Assembly (NCBI RefSeq): GCF_001457615.1
Contig: NZ_LN831024.1
Coordinates: 5,340,001-5,372,000 of the forward strand
DNA length: 32,000 bases
Origin: Pseudomonas aeruginosa
Lineage (GTDB): Bacteria; Pseudomonadota; Gammaproteobacteria; Pseudomonadales; Pseudomonadaceae
Direction of reading: 5' to 3'
A program made the position numbers and the translations under genes. Below the pieces are notes generated by a model. The model worked only from the letters and a program-made list of their open reading frames with translations, was not told the DNA's origin and did not search any database. Within the stretch, counting starts at the first letter, position 1. Each line of letters opens with the position of its first letter. Positions 11,465-21,631 of the stretch are shown piece after piece.

Positions 11465-11845
11465 ATGCACGCCATAATGCTCAAAGCCAAGTTGCATCGC
11501 GCCGAAGTCACCCATGCCGTCCTCGACTACGAAGGCTCCTGCGCCATCGACGGCGATTGGCTGGACCTCTCCGGAATCCGCGAGTACGAACAGATCCAGA
11601 TCTACAACGTCGACAACGGCGAGCGCTTCACCACCTATGCGATCCGCGCCGAGAACGGCTCGAAGATGATCTCGGTGAACGGCGCCGCGGCACACAAGGC
11701 CAAGGTCGGCGACCGCGTGATCATCTGCGCCTACGCACACTACAGCGAAGCCGAACTGGCCAGCCACAAGCCGCGCATGCTGTACATGGCGCCGGGCAAC
11801 CAGCTCAGCCATACCAGCGAGGCGATTCCGATACAGGTCGCCTGA
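11465..11845 (+). CDS. panD: Aspartate 1-decarboxylase
   Basis: 126 aa; [13 protein letters not shown] pyruvoyl cleavage site (Gly-Ser), YVVDNGERF-like [35 protein letters not shown]. Confidence 0.96.
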   Translation: MHAIMLKAKLHRAEVTHAVLDYEGSCAIDGDWLDLSGIREYEQIQIYNVDNGERFTTYAIRAENGSKMISVNGAAAHKAKVGDRVIICAYAHYSEAELASHKPRMLYMAPGNQLSHTSEAIPIQVA

Positions 11846-11862
11846 CCTCGCCCCCTCTGGAT

Positions 11863-11887
11863 AAAGCCCGGTTTCATCCGGGCTTTT
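11863..11887 (+). terminator. Intrinsic terminator after panD
   Basis: aaagcccggtttcatccgggcttttt. Confidence 0.85.
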
Positions 11888-11934
11888 TCATGTTCAAATA
11901 AGTGCGCCATCGAATTCCAACCAGAAGGTCAGCC

Positions 11935-13599
11935 ATGAAGCACCACCTCACTCCGCTGGATGCCACGCAACTCGACAGTTGGCGCGCCCTGGCCGCCCAT
12001 CGCCAGGAACTGCAGGACTTCAGGATGCGCCAGGCGTTCATCGACGATCCGGAGCGCTTCAAGCGGTTTTCCTTCAGCGCCTGTGGACTGTTCCTCGACT
12101 TCTCGAAGAACCTGATTCGCCAGGACACCATCGACCTGCTGGTGAAGCTGGCCGAGGAAGCACGGCTGAGCGACGCGATCCGGGCGATGTTCGACGGCGA
12201 GGCGATCAATGCCTCCGAGCGCCGGCCGGTACTGCATACCGCGCTGCGTCGACCGATCGGCGACAAAGTGCTGGTCGATGGCGTCGACGTGATGCCGGAA
12301 GTCCACCGCGTCCTGCACCAGATGACCGAGCTGGTAGGCTACGTGCACAACGGCCTGTGGCGCGGCTATACCGAAAAGCCGATCACCGACGTGGTGAACA
12401 TCGGCATCGGCGGCTCCTTCCTCGGCCCGCAACTGGTATCCGAAGCCTTGCTGCCGTTCGCCCAGAAAGGCGTGCGCTGCCACTACCTGGCGAACATCGA
12501 CGGTAGCGAGTTCCATGAACTGGCCAGCCGCCTGAACGCCGAGACCACCCTGTTCATCGTTTCCTCCAAGTCCTTCGGGACCCTGGAAACCCTGAAGAAC
12601 GCCCAGGCCGCACGCGCCTGGTACCTGGCCCAGGGCGGTACCGAGGAAGAGCTTTACCGCCATTTCATCGCCGTCTCCAGCAACAAGGAAGCCGCGATCG
12701 CCTTCGGCATCCGCGAGGAAAACATCTTCCCCATGTGGGACTGGGTCGGCGGCCGCTACTCGCTGTGGTCGGCCATCGGCCTGCCGATCGCCATGTCCAT
12801 CGGCATCTCCAACTTCAAGGAACTGCTGTCCGGCGCCTACAACATGGACCAGCACTTCCAGACCGCGCCGTTCGAACGCAACATCCCGGTGCTGCTCGGC
12901 CTGCTCGGCGTCTGGTACGGCGACTTCTGGGGCGCGAACAGCCACGCGATCCTGCCCTACGACTACTATCTGCGGAATATCACCGACCACCTGCAACAAC
13001 TGGACATGGAATCCAACGGCAAGAGCGTGCGCCAGGACGGCACGCCGGTCACCAGCGGCACCGGGCCGGTGATCTGGGGTGGTGTCGGCTGCAACGGCCA
13101 GCACGCCTACCATCAGTTGCTGCACCAAGGCACCCAGTTGATCCCGGCGGACTTCATCGTCCCGGTGAGCAGCTACAACCCGGTGGCCGACCATCACCAG
13201 TGGCTGTACGCCAACTGCCTGTCGCAGAGCCAGGCGCTGATGCTCGGCAAGAGCCGCGAGGAGGCCGAGGCCGAACTGCGCGCCAAGGGCCTGCCGGAAG
13301 CCGAAGTGCAGCGCCTGGCGCCGCACAAGGTGATTCCGGGCAACCGACCGAGCAACACCCTGGTGGTCGAGCGCATCAGCGCCCGCCGCCTCGGCGCGCT
13401 GATCGCCATGTACGAGCACAAGGTCTACGTACAGAGCATCCTCTGGGGCATCAACGCCTTCGACCAATGGGGCGTGGAGCTTGGCAAGGAACTCGGCAAG
13501 GGTGTCTATTCGCGCCTGGTCGGCAGCGAGGAAACCCCGGCCGAGGACGCCTCGACCCAAGGCCTGATCGACTTCTTCCGCGGCCGCCATCGCGGCTGA
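11935..13599 (+). CDS. pgi: Glucose-6-phosphate isomerase
   Basis: 554 aa from ATG 11935 (supplied ORF begins upstream); [83 protein letters not shown]. Confidence 0.96.
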   Translation: MKHHLTPLDATQLDSWRALAAHRQELQDFRMRQAFIDDPERFKRFSFSACGLFLDFSKNLIRQDTIDLLVKLAEEARLSDAIRAMFDGEAINASERRPVLHTALRRPIGDKVLVDGVDVMPEVHRVLHQMTELVGYVHNGLWRGYTEKPITDVVNIGIGGSFLGPQLVSEALLPFAQKGVRCHYLANIDGSEFHELASRLNAETTLFIVSSKSFGTLETLKNAQAARAWYLAQGGTEEELYRHFIAVSSNKEAAIAFGIREENIFPMWDWVGGRYSLWSAIGLPIAMSIGISNFKELLSGAYNMDQHFQTAPFERNIPVLLGLLGVWYGDFWGANSHAILPYDYYLRNITDHLQQLDMESNGKSVRQDGTPVTSGTGPVIWGGVGCNGQHAYHQLLHQGTQLIPADFIVPVSSYNPVADHHQWLYANCLSQSQALMLGKSREEAEAELRAKGLPEAEVQRLAPHKVIPGNRPSNTLVVERISARRLGALIAMYEHKVYVQSILWGINAFDQWGVELGKELGKGVYSRLVGSEETPAEDASTQGLIDFFRGRHRG

Positions 13600-13612
13600 T
13601 CCGCCTCTCCCC

Positions 13613-13639
13613 AAAGCCCGGCCCTAGGCCGGGCTTTTT
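13613..13639 (+). terminator. Intrinsic terminator after pgi
   Basis: aaagcccggccctaggccgggcttttt. Confidence 0.88.
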
Positions 13640-13773
13640 CATTCCGTCCGGCGATTGACCCCGGCGCCTTCCCCGCTCGCGCCTTTGGCACTTGAACATG
13701 GCTCTCGCCTGGCCCACCCTTGGTCGAACCTGGAGAGGGGCCGCGTGCGGTCTCTCGACACCTTGCGGAGCAG

Positions 13774-13782
13774 AAAAACAAA
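13774..13782 (+). promoter_or_regulatory. Putative Hfq/Crc catabolite-activity (CA) motif in the acs leader
   Basis: aaaaacaaa fits AAnAANAA, immediately upstream of/adjacent to the SD region ggaaacc and the ATG at 13793. Confidence 0.5.
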
Positions 13783-13792
13783 GGAAACCGCC

Positions 13793-15730
<1,938 letters not shown>

Positions 15731-15737
15731 CCCGCGC

Positions 15738-15770
15738 AACCGTCCCGCCGCCCTGCGGCGCGGGACGGTT
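15738..15770 (+). terminator. Hairpin after acs (possible terminator)
   Basis: aaccgtcccgc ... gcgggacggtt, 11-bp inverted repeat, weak U tract. Confidence 0.5.
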
Positions 15771-15827
15771 CCAGTCTCTCCGGCGCCTGGGTTAAGCTCG
15801 TGCCTGCCCTGTCGTAGCGAGCCCCCC

Positions 15828-16709
15828 ATGGAAAGCGTCCGTCGCCATATCGAAAGCCAGGTGCTGAGCCTTACCGGGCTCGCCGTCGGCGGTGTCGACT
15901 TCGAGTCGCCGAAAGGCGATCCGGGCCTGTTCGGCCCCGATGCCGCCTGCTGGAAGGTCCACGGCGACTTCAGCAGCATGATGATCGGCGGCATCGGCGC
16001 GCTGCTCCTGCAGATGCTCCATCCGCTGGCCCTGGCGGGGGTGTGGGACCACTCCAATTTCCGCGACGACCTGCTCGGGCGCCTGCGTCGCACCGGTCAG
16101 TTCATCTCGGCCACCACCTACGGCCCGCTGGCCGATGCCGAGCGACTGATCGAGCGGGTCCGGCGCATCCACGAAAGCGTCATCGGCCAGTTGCCCGACG
16201 GCACGCCCTACTCCGCCAGCGACCCGGACCTGCTGACCTGGGTGCATGTCGCCGAGGTCAGCAGCTTTCTCAAGTCCTACCTGCGCTATCTCAATCCCGA
16301 CCTGCCGGGCAGCGAGCAGGACCGTTACTACTCGGAAATCGCCCTGGTCGCCGAACGCCTCGGCGCCCGCGCGGTACCGCGCGACCGCCAGCAGATCGCC
16401 GCCTACCTGGAGGCGATGCGTCCACGCCTGCGTTGCGACGAACGCACCCGCGAAGTGGTGCGGATTCTCTTCAACGCACCAGCGCCCAGCACCCTGGCCA
16501 GGCCGTTCGGCGCGCTGATGCTGCGCGCAGGCGCCGAGCTGTTGCCGGAATGGGCCGGATCGATGCTCGACCTCCCGTTCAGTCCGCTGCAACGCCGCCT
16601 GATCCGCGGCAGCGTCAGGCGCAGCGTACCCTTGCTGCGCTGGGCGGTGCGCAACGCTTCGATGCATCGAGCCTGCCGGCGCATGGGTCTGCCGCCGGTG
16701 AGCCACTGA
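15828..16709 (+). CDS. Oxygenase MpaB/DUF2236-like family protein
   Basis: 293 aa; MMIGGIGALLLQMLHPLALAGVWDHSNFRDD and GRLRRTGQFISATTYG resemble the DUF2236 family. Confidence 0.75.
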   Translation: MESVRRHIESQVLSLTGLAVGGVDFESPKGDPGLFGPDAACWKVHGDFSSMMIGGIGALLLQMLHPLALAGVWDHSNFRDDLLGRLRRTGQFISATTYGPLADAERLIERVRRIHESVIGQLPDGTPYSASDPDLLTWVHVAEVSSFLKSYLRYLNPDLPGSEQDRYYSEIALVAERLGARAVPRDRQQIAAYLEAMRPRLRCDERTREVVRILFNAPAPSTLARPFGALMLRAGAELLPEWAGSMLDLPFSPLQRRLIRGSVRRSVPLLRWAVRNASMHRACRRMGLPPVSH

Positions 16710-16833
16710 ACTTTCGTGCCGTGACAGCAAGAATACCCGTCCAAAGGCTCTGAAACGGCGCGAATCACGGTCGGAACCTTGAGGCCGTGCCATACTCCAA
16801 CGCACCGCTTAGAACGGAAAACGAAAGAGAGCC

Positions 16834-17964
16834 ATGCCCAAAGGACTGAAACGCGCTGTCAGCGCCCTGCTGATCACCTTCCTCGTCTATTGCCTGCTGG
16901 GCTTTCTGCTCATACCCGGCATCGGGCTGCGCGTCGCCAACCAGCAACTGGCGCAATACGCCACCGTCCCCGCACGTCTCGAACGTATCGAATTCAACCC
17001 CTTCAGCCTGGAATTGACCCTCTGGGGTCTGCGCCTGGGCGAGGAGAAGAACCCCCAGCTCGCCTTCCGCCGGCTGTACGCCAACCTGCAGCTGGACAGC
17101 CTGTGGAAACGCCAGCTGCACCTGGCCGACGTCGAGCTGGAAGGTCCGCATACCGAACTGCTGTTCGACGAGAAGGGCCAGCTCAACCTGGCCAGCCTGT
17201 TCAGGATCCCGCCGAGCGAAGCGCCCGAGCCTGAACAGCCGAGCGACCCGTTCCCGCTGCGCATCGACCGCATCCAACTGGCCGAGGGCAGCCTGCACTT
17301 CCAGGACCTGCGACCGAGCGAGCCGGTGGACTTCAGCTTCGATCCGCTGGGCTTCGAGCTGCACAACCTCAGCACCCTGCCCGACGACGGCGCGAAGATG
17401 ACCCTGGTCGCCACCGGCCCGAACGGCGGCCGCCTCGACTGGGAAGGCGACCTAACCCTGGTGCCGATCACGTCCAGGGGCCACCTGAGCGTCAAGGATA
17501 TCCAGCTCAAGGCCTGGTGGCCCTATGTCCGCGACAATGCCCCGCTGGTGCTGGAGAACGGCGTGGTCAGCCTCTCCAGCGACTATCGCCTGGACCTGTC
17601 CAAGGACACCCAACTGCTGCTCGACAAGGCCGCGCTGAAACTCGCCGACTTCAGCATCAATTCGCCCCAGGGCAAGCCGCTGGCCAAGCTCGCCAGCCTC
17701 GACGTGGCCGCTACCACCCTGGACCTGGCCAAGCAGGAAGTGGTGCTCGGCGAAGTCCGCAGCCAGGGCCTGGAGGCCTGGGCCGCGCGCGAGAAGGACG
17801 GCCAGCTCGACTGGCAGAAACTGTTCGCCGACTTCACGCCGCCGCCACGCAAGGCGCCTGCACCCAAGCCGGCGGAAAACACCGATCCCGCCGCTGCCCG
17901 ACCGACGCGGCGAAGACCACCAGCGAACCGGCAACCGACGGTGCCGCCAAGGCAGCCGCGATAG
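16834..17964 (+). pseudogene. N-terminal part of DUF748/AsmA-like envelope protein, truncated by a frameshift
   Basis: 376-aa ORF starting with a TM/signal-anchor (MPKGLKRAVSALLITFLVYCLLGFLLIPGIGLRV). The tail (RPTRRRPPANRQPTVPPRQPR*) becomes rare-codon, Arg/Pro-rich out-of-frame sequence; the continuation lies in the -1 frame. Confidence 0.75.
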
Positions 17965-20099
17965 CCTCGGGCGAAGCGGGCAAGGACAGGCCGGCGGAGA
18001 AGGGCGCCAGCGTCGCCGAGACGGAAAGGGCAACGGACGACAAAGAGTCCGCCAAGGCCGCGGAAGGCGCTGCCGACAAGGTAGCCAAGCAAGAGACGAG
18101 CAAGGCTCCGAAGACCGGCAAGGCAACCGGGCAGGAAACGGCCAAGACTGCGGAGATCGACAAGGCGGCCAACGACAAGCCGCAACAGCTCGCCGGCACT
18201 GCAAAGACGCCTCCGCCGGAAAGTACGAAAGCCGCCGCGGAGACGCCTGCCAAGCCCTGGCACATCGTCCTGCGCGACGCCCAGTTGCGCGGCTACAAGG
18301 CGCACCTGGTGGATCGCCAGCCGGCCACCGAGGTCCCGCTGGAAGTCGGCCCGCTGGACCTCGACCTGCAGAACGTCGACAGCCTCGGCAAGACCCCCTT
18401 CGACCTCAAGCTCAAGACCGGCCTCGGCAACCGCGGCCAGGTCCAGGCCAGCGGCCAGGTGGTGCTCGACCCGGTCAGCGCCAGGCTCAAGGTCAGTACC
18501 CGCGACATCGACCTGCGCATGGCCCAGGCCTACATCTCGCCGTTCATCCGCCTGGAACTGCGCAGCGGCTTCCTTGGCAGCGAGCTGGCGGTCGACCTGA
18601 AGAGCGTCGAGCCGCTGGCCTTCAGCGTCGACGGCAGCGCCGAAGTCAGCCAGTTGCATACCCTGGATACCATCAAGGACCGCGACTTCGTCAAATGGAC
18701 CAAGCTGACCCTCAACGGCCTCGCCTATCGGCACGAGGACAGCCTGTCGATCCAGAGCGTGTCCTTCGAGGAGCCCTACGCCCGCTTCATCATCAACGAA
18801 GATCGCAGCACCAACGTCAGCGAGCTGATCATCCCGCAACCGGCTAGTTCGTCCGGCAAGGCCGCCGCCGAAAGCAAGAACGCGCCGGCGAGCAAGCCGC
18901 TGGGCATCCACATCGGCGGCGTACGGATCAACAACGGCTCGGCGAACTTCGCCGACCTGACCCTGATGCCGCCGTTCGGTACCGCCATCCAGCAGCTCAG
19001 CGGCGAAGTCGGCACCCTCGACACGCGCAACTCGCAGCCGGCCAAGGTGGACATCAAGGGCAAGGTCGACAAGTACGCACCGGTGACCATCGCCGGCGAA
19101 CTGGACCCATTCGACCCGCTGAAGAAGCTCGACATCACCACCAGCTTCAAGCGCGTCGAGCTGACCACCCTGACGCCCTATTCCGGCAAGTTCGCCGGCT
19201 ACCGCATCCGCAAGGGGCGACTCAACCTGGACCTGCACTACCAGATCGAACGCAGCCAACTGAAGGCGGAAAACAAGGTCCTGCTGGAAGGCCTGCAACT
19301 CGGCGAGAAGGTCGACAGCCCGGATGCCGTGGACCTGCCGGTGAAGCTGGCGGTAGCCCTGCTCAAGGACACCAAGGGCAACATCGATATCCAGTTGCCG
19401 GTGGCCGGCGACCTGAACAACCCGGAGTTCAGCGTCATGCCGATCGTCTGGCAGACCCTGCGCAACCTGGTCCTGCGCGCCGTGCAGGCGCCGTTCAAGT
19501 TCATCGCCGGCCTCGCCGCCGGCGGTAACGAGGATCTCGGCACGGTACCCTTCGCCGCGGGCAGCGACGAGCTGACGCCAGAAGCCCAGGCCAACCTCGA
19601 CAAGCTCGCCGATGCGCTCAAGGAGCGGCCGGCGCTGCGCCTGGAAGTGGAAGGCGTGGCCTCCGCCGCGGCTGACGGTCCCTCGATCGGCGCCAAGCGT
19701 CTCGAACTGGAATACCAGAACACCTACTACCGCATGCTCCAGCGTCGCGGCGACAAGGTACCGAGCGACGCCAAGCAGCTTGAGGTGCCGGAGAACATGC
19801 AGGCACCGCTGCTCGAAGGCATCTACCGGACCCGCCTGAAGCAGCAGCCACCGGCCGAGTGGAAGGAACTGGACAGCGACGAACGCACCGCGAAGATGCG
19901 CGAAGCGGTGATCGCTTCCTGGGCCAAGAGCCAGGTGCTGCTGCGCCAGATCGGCCAGGCCCGGGCCACCCGGATCAAGGATTACCTGGTGGAGAAAGGC
20001 CAGTTGCCGGACGATCGCATCTACTTGATCGACGTCAGTTTCGCCGAAGGCGAAGACAAGGGTAATGTCGACACCCAACTGCACCTGGATAGCGAGTGA
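17900..20099 (+). pseudogene. C-terminal part of the same DUF748/AsmA-like gene, in the -1 frame relative to the N-terminal part
   Basis: Frame of ORF 17517..20099; family-like sequence begins at about 17900 (PTDAAKTTSEPATDG...), then PWHIVLRDAQLRGYKAHLVDRQPATEVPLEVGPLDLDLQNV... to DIQLPVAGDLNNPEFSVMPIVWQTLRNLVLRAVQAPFKFIAGLAAG. Adding one base would give a single gene of 1,088 aa. Confidence 0.75.
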
Positions 20100-20103
20100 T
20101 ACC

Positions 20104-20397
20104 TTGCACAAGCGATTCGCCGCCCTCGCGGCCCCCCTGCTCTACCTTGCCTGCGCGAGCGCGCAGGCCGACACCATGCGTTGCGGCAGTGCGCTGGTCA
20201 GCGTCGGCGACCGGGCCTTCGAAGTACAGCAAAAGTGCGGCGATCCGGATCACCGCGACGACGTCGGCTATACCCTGGGCAGCTACGATCGGCGGGAATT
20301 CAAGGTCGAGGAGTGGGTGTACGGCCCGCGCAACGGCGTGACCTACATCCTGACCTTCGAAGCCAACAAGCTGAAACGCATCGAGTTCAAGCGTTGA
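20104..20397 (+). CDS. Small secreted DUF2845-like protein, copy 1 (probable TTG start)
   Basis: LHKRFAALAAPLLYLACASAQADTMRCGSALVSVGDRAFEVQQKCGDPDHRDDVGYTLGSYDRREFKVEEWVYGPRNGVTYILTFEANKLKRIEFKR; signal peptide begins at TTG 20104. The only upstream in-frame ATG (20065) lies inside the preceding gene. Confidence 0.8.
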   Translation: MHKRFAALAAPLLYLACASAQADTMRCGSALVSVGDRAFEVQQKCGDPDHRDDVGYTLGSYDRREFKVEEWVYGPRNGVTYILTFEANKLKRIEFKR

Positions 20398-20708
20398 ATC
20401 GCTCGCTTCCGCGCACCGGGCTGGTGGCGTTGCTGTCCCTGCTGCCGTTGGCACATGCTCAGGCCGATTCGCTGCGTTGCGGCAGCCGCCTGGTGAGTAC
20501 CGGCGACAGCAGCGCCGACGTCCTTGCGCGCTGCGGCGAGCCACGCAGCCGCGACAGCCTGGGTTATCGCGAGGTCGTCGGGGAATGGGGCAAGCGCTAC
20601 GAGGTCGAGGTCCAGGAATGGATCTATGGCCCATGGAACGGCATGCTGTATTTCGTCCGTTTCGAGGGCAACCGCCTCAGCGCCATCCAGAGCCGGCGCG
20701 GCGACTGA
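20394..20708 (+). CDS. Small secreted DUF2845-like protein, copy 2 (probable TTG start)
   Basis: TTG 20394 overlaps the preceding stop (TTGA): LNRSLPRTGLVALLSLLPLAHAQADSLRCGSRLVSTGDSSADVLARCGEPRSRDSLGYREVVGEWGKRYEVEVQEWIYGPWNGMLYFVRFEGNRLSAIQSRRGD. Confidence 0.8.
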   Translation: MNRSLPRTGLVALLSLLPLAHAQADSLRCGSRLVSTGDSSADVLARCGEPRSRDSLGYREVVGEWGKRYEVEVQEWIYGPWNGMLYFVRFEGNRLSAIQSRRGD

Positions 20709-20721
20709 ATCCAGCGCCCAT

Positions 20722-20759
20722 GAAGAAGCCCCGCCGGGCAATCCCGGCGGGGCTTCTTT
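20722..20759. terminator. Bidirectional intrinsic terminator between convergent genes
   Basis: Perfect 14-bp inverted repeat gaagccccgccggg-caat-cccggcggggcttc with flanking A and T tracts. Confidence 0.88.
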
Positions 20760-20767
20760 CTACCTGC

Positions 20768-20965
20768 TCACAGGCGGTCGCTGAAGTCGCGAACTTCCTG
20801 TTCAGCCCTTTCCTTGGACCAGCCATAGCGTTCCTGCAGCTTGCCGACCAGGTATTCGGCATGTCCGTCGGCAGCCTGGAGATCGTCGTCGGTCAGATCG
20901 CCCCAACGCTCCTTGATCTTGCCGGTGAGTTGCTTCCACTTACCTTTGATCACATCGGAATTCAT
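20768..20965 (-). CDS. CsbD-family stress-response protein
   Basis: 65 aa, [61 protein letters not shown], a classic CsbD/YjbJ pattern. Confidence 0.93.
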   Translation of the reverse strand: MNSDVIKGKWKQLTGKIKERWGDLTDDDLQAADGHAEYLVGKLQERYGWSKERAEQEVRDFSDRL

Positions 20966-21014
20966 CGGTCTTCCTCCTGGTGACGAGGGAAAAGGGATCG
21001 TTCGGCCCGGGCGC

Positions 21015-21359
21015 TTACTCGACCGATTTCAGGCCATCGGCGGAAACGGCTTTCACGCCCTTGATGCCCTTGGCGGTCTCGATCGCCAGGTCACGCTCGG
21101 CATCGCTCTTCACGTTGCCGGAAAGGGAAACCACACCTTTGTTGGTCTCGACCTTGATATCGACGCCACTGACATTCTTGTTGGCGATCAGGCTGGATTT
21201 CACCTTGCTGGTGATCCAGGTATCGGAAACCGCTTCTTCGGTTTTCTGCATAGTGTCGTTGGCCGCCAGGCTGATGGGCTGGGCAGCGAACGCATTGGCC
21301 ATCGAGAAGCTCAGAGCAGTGGCAGTAGCAGCGGCAATAGCGAGTTTGCTGAATTTCAT
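21015..21359 (-). CDS. Periplasmic BON-domain (OsmY-like) protein
   Basis: 114 aa from ATG 21359: [25 protein letters not shown] signal peptide, BON domain [60 protein letters not shown]. Confidence 0.92.
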   Translation of the reverse strand: MKFSKLAIAAATATALSFSMANAFAAQPISLAANDTMQKTEEAVSDTWITSKVKSSLIANKNVSGVDIKVETNKGVVSLSGNVKSDAERDLAIETAKGIKGVKAVSADGLKSVE

Positions 21360-21425
21360 TGCGGTTTCTCCTATGGATTTCGAAAAACTGCAGCCATTCC
21401 TGGCGTCAGTTGCATAGTAGATATC

Positions 21426-21440
21426 GCAAGCGCTGTGCCA
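21426..21440 (-). promoter_or_regulatory. Near-consensus sigma54 promoter upstream of the BON-domain gene
   Basis: Minus strand reads TGGCAC-AGCGC-TTGC; GG and GC separated by 10 nt. Predicted start at about 21414, giving a leader of about 55 nt. Confidence 0.7.
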
Positions 21441-21587
21441 GTTTTCCTCTAAAATAAAATCCTTTAAAAACAATAGGTTAAAAAACAGGTCGGAAGCGAG
21501 ACGGTTGCAGAATGCCGAATTGGCGATGGCAGGGCTTGCAAAATGCAAGGATTCACCCCCTTCGCCGAGAAGCGTGTCGCGGAAACG

Positions 21588-21613
21588 AAAACAGGGCCCG
21601 AGGGCCCTGTTTT
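21588..21613 (-). terminator. Terminator downstream of pnp
   Basis: Perfect 12-bp inverted repeat aaaacagggccc-ga-gggccctgtttt. Confidence 0.88.
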
Positions 21614-21631
21614 CATCGATCACGACTCGAC

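Noticed and set aside
11929-13614. 561-aa minus-strand ORF antisense to pgi
   Set aside because: Complete shadow of pgi, no recognisable domain.
13680-13705. Possible sigma54 promoter upstream of acs (ttggcacttgaacatggc)
   Set aside because: GG is followed after 10 nt by TG rather than GC, so the spacing/-12 element does not fit.
17870-17900. Programmed -1 ribosomal frameshift site in the DUF748-like gene
   Set aside because: gcg gaa aac and gct gcc cga do not fit the X_XXY_YYZ slippery heptamer in the zero frame, and I could not identify a clear downstream stimulatory structure. A mutation or sequence error is more likely.
17583-20111. 842-aa minus-strand ORF antisense to the DUF748-like gene
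   Set aside because: Considered as an alternative explanation for the split sense ORF. The sense-strand halves carry family-like beta-rich repeats and a signal-anchor, whereas the antisense translation is compositional noise.
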